NCBI GenBank assembly: GCA_965235115.1
Contig: OZ249453.1
Location: forward strand, 3,410,001 to 3,474,000
DNA from: Laetmonice hystrix
Lineage: Eukaryota
Length of the DNA: 64,000 bases
Direction of reading: 5' to 3'
Shown here: in pieces, positions 37,648-50,335 of the stretch
How positions within the stretch are numbered: position 1 is the stretch's first letter
Layout of the letters: the number at the start of each line of letters is the position of its first letter
The notes under the pieces: generated by a model
The model's input: only the letters and a program-made list of their open reading frames with translations
What the model was told of the DNA's origin: nothing
The model's database searches: none
Made by a program: the position numbers and the translations under genes

Positions 37648-37693
37648 CCGTTGTTAACCGCCCGCCGTGGCCCTTACCCCGTTCCGTTTGCAG

Positions 37694-38014
37694 GTATTAT
37701 GTCTCAGCTCGCCGAACACTCGCCGTCGCCGGCCGAGAGGCTGACAGCCGATCGGCTGGCCGCTGAAAGAATGTCGTTGATGGACCCACTGGCGAGGATA
37801 CAGATGGCGGGAGCTGGCATTGTGGGCGTGGGTGGGGTGGGCGTTCCGACGCACGCGCACACCCACACGCACGCCCACTCTCACACCCACCTGCACCTTC
37901 ACCCAGACCAACAGGCGGCGCTAGCGTCGCTCAACCCCCTGGCGGGAGGACACCCTGGCGGCGGGGGGCCTTACCCGCACCCCCGGGGTCTGCCTCCTCA
38001 CCACCTCATGCCAG
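37694..38014 (+). CDS. RERE: RERE exon (AERLTADRLAAERMSLMDPLARIQMAG...HAHTHTHAHSHTHLHLH)
   Basis: tttgcag / gtaagc; matches atrophin DRLAAER...DPLARLQM...HSHIHSHLHLH; phase 1 to 1. Confidence 0.93.
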
Positions 38015-39399
38015 GTAAGCCACCTGGCGGTAGCCGCGAGTATTAACGTCATGCCGTGCGCTTGTTGTTCCAGATGGGGTCCCGGCTCAACTTGCCAACT
38101 CCAATGATCACCAAATGGTGGCGCGGAGTTTGACGATATACGAATATTACCAAAGACACGCAAACGATCACATGATGCAAAGACACTTGAGTAACGTATA
38201 CCCAATGCCCACGTCAAAGTCAGAGCATGACGCCAGAGCAGTTGAGGCTACGCATTTGGTCTATCATTTTTCTCGTAAGTGCATCTGTTATTCCATAGCT
38301 TCTTTATAATGACCGTGACTGCAGCAGCCGCTGGCTACTGCTGCCCCCATGTGGCAGTCTCTTGCACTAGCTGGACATTACCTCCCCCCCCCCTCCCTCC
38401 TCCCCTTCCTCCTCAATATTTCGCCCTTTTTTCAGTTCGCCACCAGTGGCTATTGGCGCCGACCTGCCGCATGCCCACCAGACATGCTGCATGTCGCCTC
38501 TGTGTTTTGTGGTGTACTACTCGTGGCTGTTCGGTTGTTGTCGGTTTTTCTCGGCACTGACTCACTTTGAGCGTCCTGACTGCTGATGTTGGACCAGTTG
38601 ATGATGTTCTGTTAGCAGCTGAACGTTTCTATGTGTCGTATTTAGTCCTGTATGCTGTCTACTGTTACCTCTTTCTGATCGTGGCCAGGTGTGTGGTTCC
38701 TGGGGATCTCACGGCTTGTCAAGTGGTATAGACCTATACTCTGGAAATAGCATAGTTTTAACCCCTTTTTTTAATTACGGGTTCAAATTGAACTTTGCTG
38801 TTTCTAAAGCACCCTGACATGTGTGAGAAAGTGCGGCATGTATGTTTATATGTGTGCGTCTTCTGGTAGCCATGTGATTGGCTGGTGAACGTCCAAAGCG
38901 AGGCTGTCAGTGTCGTCCATAGCGTGTGCAGTTGTCTGACCAGAATTTTAGCTGAGTCATCCCTCCTGCACTGAACATTGCCCTAAAACAGACCAATGGA
39001 AATTCAAAGCTGTAGCAATAGTTGTCATGCCAACCGACTTTGGTGTGGGCTGGGGTACGATGTGATCATGTGAAATGAAATTTGACAGTGTCTTTGAAGG
39101 ATAGCGATTTGTACCTTATTATTATGATTATTATATACTTGGCGAGGCCCTCGTACTGGTCTCAGCTTTCTCACTTTCTCTCTCTCACTTTGTTTTAGTT
39201 TTATTGAGTTACCCTGAGTATTCACTGTGTGTAACAAACCATCTGTACCTATCGCTGCATTAGTCAGTCTATCATTGCGAGTATCTCCAGTACAAATTTG
39301 GGACCTCTCTGACGACGACTCGGCCGAGTTCCCTTACTGCTTGTTGTTGCATATGTGCCGAGTGTTGGTTCTAACCGCCGTGTGGTGGCGCTGCTGCAG

Positions 39400-39602
39400 G
39401 GGCGGACCCGTTAGCGGCGGCGGCGGCAGCAGCAGCGGCAGGTCCAGGTGGGGTGGCCGGCGGTCCGCAACATCTACCACCTCCTCACTCCATGTCTCCC
39501 GGACATCCTCTGATGGCGGCGGCCCGGGACCAGGAAATGCTCTACCGGGATCTTCTCAGTCGGCAGCAGTACTCGGCCGACCCTGTGCTCGCACACCAAG
39601 TG
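39400..39602 (+). CDS. RERE: RERE exon (GADPLAAAAAAAAAGPGG...HPLMAAARDQEMLYRDLLSRQQYSADPVLAHQV); not in the ORF track
   Basis: ctaac branch point, ctgcag acceptor, gtgagt donor; phase 1 to 0 joins 38014 in frame. Confidence 0.85.
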
Positions 39603-39934
39603 GTGAGTTATTAGACCTAGTCATTATTGTAGACAATAACGGCGTATTTCGGTACCACGGAGGCGGCGGCAACAAGGGCTCGACTTGGAAGCGGTGGGTC
39701 GTGTGACGTATGTGTGTTCTTGTATGATTCTGGATCGATTTCCCAGCAGTAATCAGGTTAGAGGATGTAGCGCAGTCTGTGCAGATATCGTGTGTTCTGT
39801 AAAAAGTCAAATCGACGGTATCATGACATGAAGAGATGCGAAATGTCTTCAGAAATTTCTTTTTACGGTTTGTAAACAACAACAACAAAAATTCCTGACT
39901 TTGACCTCTGCGACCTGTATTTTTGTGTTGCCAG

Positions 39935-40021
39935 TTGTCAGCACAGGCGGCTCACCACGAAGCTCTCCAGCGACAGTTGGCCATGGACCGGGAAGGGTTA
40001 GGCCGACACATGCCTCACTAG
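39935..40021 (+). CDS. RERE: RERE terminal coding exon (LSAQAAHHEALQRQLAMDREGLGRHMPH*)
   Basis: ttgccag acceptor, phase 0, TAG at 40019-40021; resembles the atrophin C-terminal helix. Confidence 0.82.
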   Translation: MSAQAAHHEALQRQLAMDREGLGRHMPH

Positions 40022-41924
40022 GGGGCGCCCCGCTCCAGGAGCCTTACCATGAGGCAGCTGCTCTCTTCCTGATCATCTTGGTTAGCTTCATCATCTTCAT
40101 CATCGTCATCATCATCATCAACACGAGCGCCATCTATGTATTGACATCAACATCAATTTCTCCATCGCTCTACTTATCATTCAGTAACGGACACGCAATG
40201 TCAGCGAGGGGGAAACTAGAAAATCATCTTGAAATGTAAATTATGTGGCGGTTTGCTGTGGCCTCGGAAACTGTACAGGTGTTCTCCAAGGTACAAACGT
40301 CTCTCGGCTGGTGTGATTTTATAGAGACCCAGATGGTTCTGATAACAGTGACGCTAACAGTGTGCTGACTCCCAGCAAAAAAATACAAATAAAAGTGCGA
40401 GAAGCAGACTGGTCAAAATAATGCTGTTGGCTGCTGCGAATGCATATCTTTGTTCGAGCCCCTGGAAACAGTTTCACCGACTCCCGTACAGATGGTAGTG
40501 ACAGTAGAGACAGACCAGTAGAAATCAACTATTTCATCATTCCCGGCTCGCAGCATCGGGCCACCTGGCGGCGGTCCACGTGGTATGGTACAGGCCTGAC
40601 ACCTAGTGGCGAAGGGACGAACAAAAGGCACCGCCTAGCGGTACATAAAGGAACTATAGTAAGCGATTCGAACAGACTGCCATGTTTGTTGATTTCGAGT
40701 GCTGCAATTAGCCTGTGTTCAACCTTCTTGATTTAAAGGTTTGTGCGAAACAAAACAAAAAGAATACGATTATAAAAAATAAGCACAGTATGGCTGCCAG
40801 TCGAAACGATCTAGGATATTTTTAGACAACTGTGACACTGGCTGGTAAGTTTACCACACTGCAATCTGTATATAGGAAGCCAAAGTGTATTTATACTAGG
40901 CAATAACGGGGAGCGCAGAATGAGGCGCCACCTCGCGGGCAGGATGGGAAGCGAGGCCCCTGTGTACGTAGAACTGGTGATGTGACGTCAGGATGTCTGT
41001 GTGTCCATGTGAACGTCTGCTGGCGGTGTGTGCCGCAGCGCCCGCCTCCTCTCTCCGCGCTGACACCTGGCGGCGGGCGGAGGAACTACAATGGCCGGTC
41101 TGTGTGGAGTACGAAAACCTATCCTAACTGTACACAAGCGTCACACGACGTTGTTGGACTGTGCGTTATTTTACACCACGGATTGTGAACTCCGAGACAG
41201 GGACTTTTAACTAAGACACGTGACGTATGAATGAAGACGGGAGTGAGTGTTGAATTACGTGTTCGTCTTGTGAAAGACCCCTTAGCTGTAGAAGGTAACA
41301 AAGTAACGATAGGACGCTAACACGGCGTCCGTCGGTAACCAAGAACTGTATGCATCCGAGGCTGTGATTGGCTGCCTCGGTCTGATGTTGAATATATTTA
41401 TAGAACTGTACTGTTGTGGCGGGTATGTCTCCGGGAATGATTGGTGTCTCTCCACAAGAGACGATTGATGAAATATTTGCATGGAAACTATGTTCGTCTT
41501 TGGAAGTGCACAGCCGTTGGCATATATTATAATACCGTTTAAGTTTAAATTTGTCATGATTTAGGACTCAAAAAAAATAATATCAAGGAAAACTGTCTAG
41601 CAAAATTTAGGTTCTCGGTTATACATTCTGATACCTTTCAATTAAATCACAGTTCAGACAGGAAGCGATGTCACTGAGAACCAAGGGATGGTTTGATTGG
41701 CTATCAGCTACTACGACAATAACCCTGGGGTTTCCTGCGACCTGCCCCCGGGCTACATTTATGTTTTCACGGAAAACATATCATAATTTGCTTGAAGTCA
41801 TTTTGTGCCCGATTCTCTGGGTAGTCATTTTATAACTGTACTTTTGATGCACTCTCATACACAGTATGTCATGTGGCAACAATCTATGCATTAAATTTGA
41901 AATGAAGCAATGAGATCGTTTTCA

Positions 41925-41978
41925 AATAAAGTTTATTGATATTAATTGTTTTATGATTGTGGCACTATTGACAATAAA
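41925..41978 (+). terminator. Candidate polyadenylation signals for RERE (AATAAA 41925-41930 and 41973-41978), implying a 3'UTR of about 1.9 kb
   Basis: Two AATAAA hexamers in a T-rich context downstream of the stop codon. Confidence 0.4.
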
Positions 41979-43071
41979 ATAATATCCAGCGCCGAAAAAA
42001 ATAAATAGCATCTAGATGGGGGCAGGACGTATTTTTATATACGCATGCCCCCTCTTGCCCTAATATGGGCACAGTTCCTGTCTGCTTGTACAACACGTCC
42101 CTGAGGAAGGTATACACATAGCGCCCCCTGGTAGAGAGCACGCTGGATGACACGACACGTCGTAGCCGGCCCTCCGTTGAAGTCCTACTAGTCCTCAAAC
42201 CGTGGCAGTCTTCCAACAGTTAGTCTACATAGACATCATGGCCGCTATCATAGTTTGCTAAATGGGCGCGTGTCTTACAAACTGATTGACGTGAAAAAAT
42301 ATCGACCAAACCACACCAGTTTATGTGCTGCGTCCTTGACGACGGAGACAGTTTGTGCAGCCAGATAACGATGAACCGTAGGTGACCGGGTATGAATGGT
42401 CGTCTGTCAGTGTCCGTCTGTGTGTCCCTGTCTGTCTGTGCGTCGCGCTGGCGACTGGCGGCAGAGATTGTAACTAGTGCTATTTTGTATATAGTAGATT
42501 TTTGTATGGGGCTCTCGTGAGGTCCTTCCGCCCCACGAACACCCACTGCAGCAGAATGTGTGCTTTTTATGCATATTTTACTGGTATTTTATTTCATATC
42601 TTGCAACTTAAAGAATAAATCAAATACAACGGTGGAAGAGCGTCGTGTCTTGTTCATACCAAATCAATTGGGTCCATGAAAATGGAATGGTTGAGGGACT
42701 TGGGGAGGGGGATCCTGTACAGAGGGTTTCCACACTTAGGAAAACTTATGAAAATACAGTACATGAGGGAGGCTATATCAATCCAGTAGAATTATCCACA
42801 ATTATTATGCAGTGAAATATATCATTGGGTATTGTTTCGCTGGTTGTCCTCTCTGCTCTGAATCCTCAGACGGATAGCTTTGATTTTAAGGAAAGGCCGA
42901 AGATTAGGGACGACGATATCCTTGAATTATAGAGCAGGGTATTTATAAAGGGTGCTTCAGATAGGGGAAGGTCCGCAGATAGGGGAAGACTCGCAGATCT
43001 GGGGAAGGCCTACAGATAGGGGAAGGCCCACAGATTGAAGAAAGAGGGCATTGACCTTGAAAAAAGGTGTA

Positions 43072-43432
43072 TCAATTGTAGGGGGAAGGGACTTGAATTG
43101 TAGGGAGAAGGGCCTTGAATTGTGGGGAAAGGCCTTGAATTGTAGGGGAAAGGGACTTGAATTGTGGGGGGAAGGGCCTTGAATTGTAGGGAGAAGGGCC
43201 TTGAATTGTCGGGGAAAGGGACTTGAATTGTATAGGGGAAGGGCCTGGAATTGTAGGGAGAAGGGTCTGGAATTGTAGGGAGAAGGGCCTGGAATTGTTG
43301 GGGGAGGGCCTTGAATTGTAGGGAGAAGGGTCTGGAATTGTAGGGAGAAGGGTCTGGAATTGTAGGGAGAAGGGCCTTGGATTGTAGGGGGAAAGGCCTG
43401 GAATTGTAGGGAGAAGGGCCTGGAATTGTAAT
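43072..43432. repeat. 21-22 bp purine-rich minisatellite (GGGCCTTGAATTGTAGGGAGAA)
   Basis: Tandem periodicity. Confidence 0.92.
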
Positions 43433-44416
43433 AGGAAAAGGTCCTTTATGACTGTTGCGAAAGGCTCTTCAAGATTAATGGTGGAACCTTGCGGGCGACT
43501 GTGCTGTCAGTGGGGGGGAGCCCCCCCCCCCCTGGAGGGGGCCATAGAAATTGTTCAAATGAAGGTAAATTACAAAAAAATCTAAAATCGGCAATTCTAA
43601 AATATTTGTAGGATACGTGGAGTCTTTCACTAAAGAATACTGCCACAAATTGCTTCATTTTGCAATTATTTCCTTGCAAGATTTGCGGGCAAAATTGGAT
43701 ATTTTCCATTCAATTGAAAAAGATGATCTTTTTATTACCCTGTTCGTTTTCGTTTTTTGTTTGGTCAGAATCACAGGAAGACGAATTATTTTACCTACCG
43801 GTAAATTAAGAGTATTTAAGAATATCTTATCTGTTGGCCAATAACCAGATGGGCATATATATAAGAGTTCAATACTTTGCGCACGTTATCTTCTTTAACC
43901 CTTCCCTTTAAGAATTGAAAGTCAATGCGGTTGTGTAGTAAGAAATGTTACGCTTTTATTGAAAGGAGAGAGTATGATACTTGGAGTGTAGTTACAATGT
44001 TACATGACGATAAAAGGATTCATTTACTCGCAATGAACCCTGAGTACGATATGGTTACCTTGACGTCAAATAGATTCGTAAATACGGGGTCTGCAGATAC
44101 AAAAGTAGCTTGGTATGAAATGATGGCTTGATCTAGCTGTCGCCAGACACCAAGTAATCTGTAAAATCGGGGAACCTTCTAAAAAGTCCGCTATAACAGG
44201 AAAGTTGGTTTGACCTTTCACCTTTACTTTTCAGAGGATATGTACATGTAAGCTTAAATAATTTTTGCTTTTCTTTCTTGTGAGATATGGAAAAAGGTCT
44301 CTCAATATAGGTCAAGTGAATTAATTTTTGCAAGAATTCAGGGAAATTCAAGCGAAAAGAAGGGTTAAGCGGCAACCCTTGTTAGCCACACTCGTTTTCC
44401 TGTATAACTGATAATA

Positions 44417-44880
44417 TCGGGTGTCCCAGAAAACGTGAACCGTATTTTCTCAGTGATAGATAAACCGAATTCATTGAATTTTCACACAGTAACCCCCAAA
44501 AAACCCAATATCAAAGGAAAACACTTATTTCAGTTTATGCTCAATGACATGACATAATTATCCTGTCCTTTAATGCCTGTTCGGTCAATTTGTCTCTCAG
44601 TCCCCGGTAAACTTTCTCCTTCAGAGAGTTCCATATAGCATAATCCATGAACATGATGTAGGTCAGATTGCACAGTTTTGATATCGGATTTTTTTGACAC
44701 GCTGTTTTGAATTTGACAATACTCACATAATTTCTGTCAGATCTTTTAGTTATTTTGCAGACTTGTTAATGATACCCTAATTTTTAAGGTTATTGTGTGA
44801 AAATGTTTCAATGAAATCGGGTTATCTATCACTGAGAAAATACTTGTCAAAAAGCGTTTCACTTTTTCTGGGACACCCGA
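44417..44880 (-). mobile_element. Internally deleted Tc1/mariner element, 464 bp, with a transposase C-terminal remnant
   Basis: TA-TCGGGTGTCCCAGAAAA...TTTTCTGGGACACCCGA-TA; MDYAIWNSLKEKVY...ALKDRI matches the mariner SPDLNPxDYxxWxxLKxKVY region. Confidence 0.85.
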
Positions 44881-46983
44881 TATATCCATACTTAGGGATC
44901 TCTGTATCCTAGAAAAGTCGGAAACTTCTGCAAAGTTCCAAAGGCAGTTGAAAAAAAATATAATAGCAATATTTCACAGTAAACTTTCCCGGTTACGATG
45001 CTCGCAGCGATAAGAATTACGTGTGGAATACATCTCACGACATAAGAACGACTGTAAAAGTAGGATGCAAAAATATAATCCCTCTTCACATTGATTTCCT
45101 GTTTACAAGGCGTAGGCCTTTAAAACAGTTCGGCTTTACATGGAGAAAAGTGCACGCATGGGAAGGATATAGAGGAGTCTATACAAGTCCAATAAATCTA
45201 CAACGTAGAAAATGCTGTTTCCAAAGACTTTCTCGCCAGAACTGCTGTCTGACTCCCTATAATATAGAAGCCCAGAAGCTGCAGCCAGACAACGTGACCC
45301 GTGTTTACGAAGACCGGTAGGGCCTCCACTCCGATCGTCAACAGGCTCGTGTTCCCTATAACAAACCTTTTGGTGGCAGCAAGAAGCAGAAAGTCAGAGA
45401 TTGTAGGCCTACGGAATCCCCCCCCCCCCGACTTTAACAAACATAGGCCTAATTATAGCCCAAGGGCGGGTCCACAGGGGCGTAGGGGCGCCCCCTTTCA
45501 TTAAAAAAGATAAGCGACTCCGCGAATGCCCGCCCTATAGTAAGGCAATACCTCAAATGAGGGGCTGTTTAGAGTACGTAGTGAGCAACATGTAGGATGT
45601 AGGTCCCTATTTATAAACTGACAATTAAGTACCCTGTATCCAAAGAGGTAAGCCCCACACCAAAATATCAGTAGGCCTAATACTTCCGGCTGTTTATGTT
45701 ACGCTGGAAATAACCTAGGATGACCCGACTGAAAATTAACCCACTAACTGAGAGTTGTTCGTACATGGACCCACAGAGGGCGCTCGTGCAGTGCCACTGG
45801 CCGTCAGGAAGATTAAATCAATAAAAGTAGATCTACGTGTATAGGCTACATTGTATTTGTACTGAAGATTAGATTCTCGCCTGCGCCTGCGTGAGATATA
45901 ACGTACGATAAACGCCATGTTGGACAGATCGAGAGGCTTGAGAAAGGACAAGAGTTAATGGATTGGCGATCGGCTGTTTTCTCCCACGGCGGTATCGCCC
46001 CTTGAGAATGTCGATGTACATGCTGACATTATATTGTTCTGATTATATGGTAGAATGAGCCCAGATCCTGACGTAGATATTCAACTGTGGACATCATAGG
46101 GGTGTCCATGCTATACACAATACGTGAACGCCTGAACGATATAAAGGACACAGCGAATGTAATGTGCTACAATAATAGCACGATTTGCTTCTCATCCAAA
46201 GGCGCCATGATGCCAAAGGCGCCATGCGTTGAGGGTGTCAATAATGGTATATGTGTAATAATTATTGATCGGAATGCCGTAAATACCCAATAAATTTATA
46301 TAATGTGAAGTCTGAGGTTAACTATACACGTTGGTAATACTAGTAGGTGTATAAGTCAGGGTCCGGTCCGGCAATATAGACCTAGACATGTGATATTCAT
46401 ACATCAAGTAGATTATATACAGCGGTTGACGCTGACAAGATTTCTGGTATAGACAAGGCCCCCTAGCGGTCGGAGGTAGAAACATATCCTGAAGCACCAT
46501 TATATATGAGCAGAGAACAACTTCTTTTCGGCTTTATAAAAAAATATAAGGAATTCGAACTTGTAGATCTAATGGAGAAAAATATACGGCCCCGAAGTAC
46601 ATATATATAAATAAGGCAATTAGGCCTATTATGTGGCGTTTTGGCATTCTAAAAAATAGAACCTAAAAAAATGGAATCCCGCACAAAGGGCCGTCCCCAG
46701 TAAAGCCGACGAGATATGTCAGCCCCAAAGAGTTTGGTCTCAATTCAAAAAGGTCATTAGGCCTAAATTTGTAGCAGGCAAGTATAAAACTTTCCGAAGA
46801 GATGATAATTAAGCTAGCAGTTCGGCGACCCCTGAATAAGTCAATAAATACATTGTATAGTAGTAAATAGGCCTACAGCTAGGCCCGTTAGTGGGCGACA
46901 CACATTCCTTTGGAGGGTATAGGTATAAGAAAAAGGGACTTATAGAAAATTATATATTAGTAGTTATGTATGTATATATGTAG

Positions 46984-47138
46984 AGGGGTGTAGCCAGGAT
47001 TTTCTGAGGGGGCCGAGCCAGGATTTTTTTAGGGGGGTGGGGGCGAGATCCGGCAGCCAATCTAAATGCATACTTATACGGTATGTAAGTTTGGATTGGG
47101 GGGAGGGAAGGCCCCCTTCGCCCCCTGGCTACACCCCT
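46984..47138. mobile_element. Short MITE
   Basis: 14-bp TIR AGGGGTGTAGCCAG...CTGGCTACACCCCT; TSD ambiguous. Confidence 0.55.
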
Positions 47139-47268
47139 GGTGTAGATGAAGCACATTTGGAGCTCGGACGCCAGTATAAGATCTTATGCATAGATAAAAT
47201 GTGGATGTGTTTATCGTACGCTCAACCAGAGCTCAACCACATTCACCCTGACAACGGGTCGTCTTCTG

Positions 47269-47817
47269 TCACTTTTGCCTTTTTGACTGGGATTTCTTGA
47301 CACTGACGTCACTTCCGTGCGTGGCGAGGCTATCGCTGGAGAGGGCCTCCTCGACGACTGTGGCCAGTTTGGGGAAGGGCCCCCACGGTGCTCCGCCTTC
47401 CCCGCCGGCTTCCTCGCTCTCTCCGCTGTCCTCCGGGACTGCCAGGTTTGTGGGTCGGTCCCCACCTTCAATGTCCTCACTCCCGGACCCCTGCGCCTGT
47501 ACTGCCGTAAGCTCCTCCTGTCCTCCGCCCTCAGCCTCCGCCTTGGCCTTCCTGGCTGCCTGACGCCGGCGGAACTTGTTGTAGCGATACCGGCGACAAA
47601 ACCTTGGTGTCAAGAAAAGCACGGCGAGCACCAGACAGATGATGCCCCCCGTTCCCAGGTCGGCCATCCCAGTGCAGAATGCGGCGATGAAGAAGGCAGC
47701 CGATAAACCCAGGAGGATGGCAGTGGGGAAGATGTCCATCCATGCGCTCCAGGGCCTCGGTTCTCGGACCTCTAGGTCGTGGTCGCCCTGGATACTGTCC
47801 AGAAGTGTTTTACCCAT
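47269..47817 (-). CDS. Uncharacterised 182-aa protein: two closely spaced hydrophobic helices, a basic stop-transfer stretch and an acidic/Gly-rich tail
   Basis: GC-rich ORF in AT-rich surroundings; gcaATGG Kozak context; IFPTAILLGLSAAFFIAAFCTG and LGTGGIICLVLAVLFLTP followed by RFCRRYRYNKFRRRQ. Confidence 0.6.
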   Translation of the reverse strand: MGKTLLDSIQGDHDLEVREPRPWSAWMDIFPTAILLGLSAAFFIAAFCTGMADLGTGGIICLVLAVLFLTPRFCRRYRYNKFRRRQAARKAKAEAEGGGQEELTAVQAQGSGSEDIEGGDRPTNLAVPEDSGESEEAGGEGGAPWGPFPKLATVVEEALSSDSLATHGSDVSVKKSQSKRQK

Positions 47818-47932
47818 TGCTTTCAGGTGACGGTAAGGATTTCAGGCTTTAGGTGAGTACGAGTTACTTCAGTCGGGCATTGACGCTGGACGCCTGGTTT
47901 GGTGTGGACAGTTCAAGTAGCATGGTGGTCCG

Positions 47933-48352
47933 CCTCTCAGGGGCTCTGGGTGCCATAACCTATCTGAAACCAAATTTGTTACATTATTGACAATCTCAGG
48001 GGCTCTGGGTGCCATAACCTATCTGAAACCAAATTTGTTACATTATTGACAATCTCAGGGGCTCTGGGTGCCATAACCTATCTGAAACCAAATTTGTTAC
48101 ATTATTGACAATCTCAGGGGCTCTGGGTGCCATAACCTATCTGAAACCAAATTAGTTAGGCCTACATTATTGACAATCTCAGGGGCTCTGGGTGGCATCG
48201 CCTATCTGAAACCAAATTTGTTACATTATTGACAATCTCAGGGGCTCTGGGTGCCATAACCTATCTGAAACCAAATTTGTTACATTATTGACAATCTCAG
48301 GGGCTCTGGGTGCCATAACCTATCTGAAACCAAATTAGTTACATTATTGACA
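47933..48352. repeat. 59 bp tandem repeat, about 7 copies
   Basis: TCTCAGGGGCTCTGGGTGCCATAACCTATCTGAAACC... repeated. Confidence 0.95.
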
Positions 48353-49323
48353 ATGGATGATACGACAGAAATTTACCTAGTGGGAAACACCCGAAGTATT
48401 TCGAATCATCCCGAAATTGGCCAACCGACTTGTGGCTAGCTGATTTACCTCCCTTTTTATGGAAAATTGCAGTATGTAGGAGTTCCTGAACTTCTGGAAC
48501 CTTTAAACTTCGTCGTCCTATCCAAACCAATGCTATTCTACAGCAGGGACCGGCACGACAGTGCTGCCGCCCCGTTGCCCCGTTGCGCATGCGTCTCGAA
48601 TTGCCCAGTCTCCTTTCACCAATCTCCTATAATGCAGACTTTTTTACGGGCAAAATCGGGCCCCTATGCGTTTAACCCGGTTTTTGCAAAGTTGGCCGTC
48701 ATGTATGGTATCTGTAAAATTTAATGTAGACTCTACCTCTAAACCCCAAACCGAGTTTACCTAGACCAAGTGACATTCACCGTACAAGGGAAATAACGGA
48801 CGAAATATTAGGAACTACATTTGCGGAGGGAGATAGCTATAGTCGCAAGTCGGCTGGCCAATTTCAGGATCATTCGAAATACTTCGGGTGTTTCCGACTA
48901 GGTACTTCCGTTCAACATAGCGGCTGCAGATGATTTCTCCGAAGATTTATATGTTTGTGTGGCATCATATTCTGAGAGTCTGCGCCGTAAAAGTAAACAA
49001 CAAGAGTACCTCAGCAAAATCAAGGAGCCACGATTCGAGCTCGGCAATGTTCGGCTGTTCCGGTTGGGGATTTCTAGGTCAGGTCAGGGGTCACTCAAAC
49101 GGCAGTACCCAATGTGTGGCAGAGATTGAATGAAGGGAACGATCCGGAGTGTCTCCTTTCACGTGTTTTCAGTGTCACAACCAGTGATTCAGCGTTGATA
49201 GATAAAAATTGATGTAAAATGATCCGATGACAAACGTTGATCCCTGGAACCTGTTGTAGATTTGGCCACTTTGAACCGAACTTTGACGTGAATAGATTTT
49301 CCTCCGTTCCGTAATGCCGTACC

Positions 49324-49702
49324 CAGGCACGGACCCAGCTGGCCTACCTTCAGTAGGCCAGGCACGGACCCAGCTGGCCTACCTTCAGTAGGCCGAGCTA
49401 CCTTCAGTAGGCCGAGCTACCTTCAGTAGGCTGGCCTACCTTCAGTAGGCCGAGCTACCTTCAGTAGGCCGAGCTACCTTCAGTAGGCTGGCCTACCTTC
49501 AGTAGGCCGAGCATTTTTTCCCTTCAAACTGCGGCATTATAATGTGTCCTTGTTGCCTGCTTGAATAAATGATTTTTCTTTTGGTTCAAATAACGTTGTT
49601 ATTTCAAGTGAGAATTACGATATGAGTTTTAATGAATGCCTATTCTTAAAAAGTATGTGCCCCCCCCCCCCCATTTAAAAAAAGACCCTGGATCCGTGCC
49701 TG
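49324..49702. mobile_element. MITE with an internal 19-22 bp tandem repeat (GGCCGAGCTACCTTCAGTA, about 49340-49512)
   Basis: CAGGCACGGACCCAG...CTGGATCCGTGCCTG; imperfect flanks GTACC/GTGCC. Confidence 0.55.
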
Positions 49703-50335
49703 GTGCCCTGAATACGGGATGAATACGGGATTTAGGACGCCTTATTTCGTTCGAACCCCCGGCCCTGTGTATTTGCTGATTAGAAATGCGTAGTTTTCTG
49801 ATCTCGGCACGTGCTACAAACACACCGACATCACTCGGCCTATACATGTAAGGACATCCATAGATCTATGGGCGGACGCCCTTCAACATACCGCTTTCAT
49901 TTGTCATGCGATCACACGTTTACCGACAGGTCCTTGCACTCGCAGAGGGACGGGACACGCAACCCAGAAATTATAGACACTGATGGCGAGTTTCTGTCAG
50001 TGCCAATTGCCTTTGTCGATCTTGGCCTCAGTGTCAATTCCTGTATCAGCGAATCCAGATCAGCCCTGACAGCGAGTCCGCTTTATATTGAGAGATAATA
50101 TTCTGAGCACAGTCTAACGGGGTCTTCTGACTAATGTCATTCTAAAACACTGCTATATCCGAATAATTATAGGAGGCAAATTTAACGATAGTCCGAATGG
50201 CGGATCCTGACTGTCGAATATTGGCTAAACTTGGCCCTGGTCCCATCTTGACTGAGCATGCGCAAGAACTAGGAGATAGTGATACGTTCATAATATGGGG
50301 TAGAAAACGAAGTACAATATACAACTCCCACGGCC

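Noticed and set aside
47827-47852. Plus-strand 26-nt microexon-like segment (tttcag...gtgagt)
   Set aside because: No plus-strand gene context to place it in.
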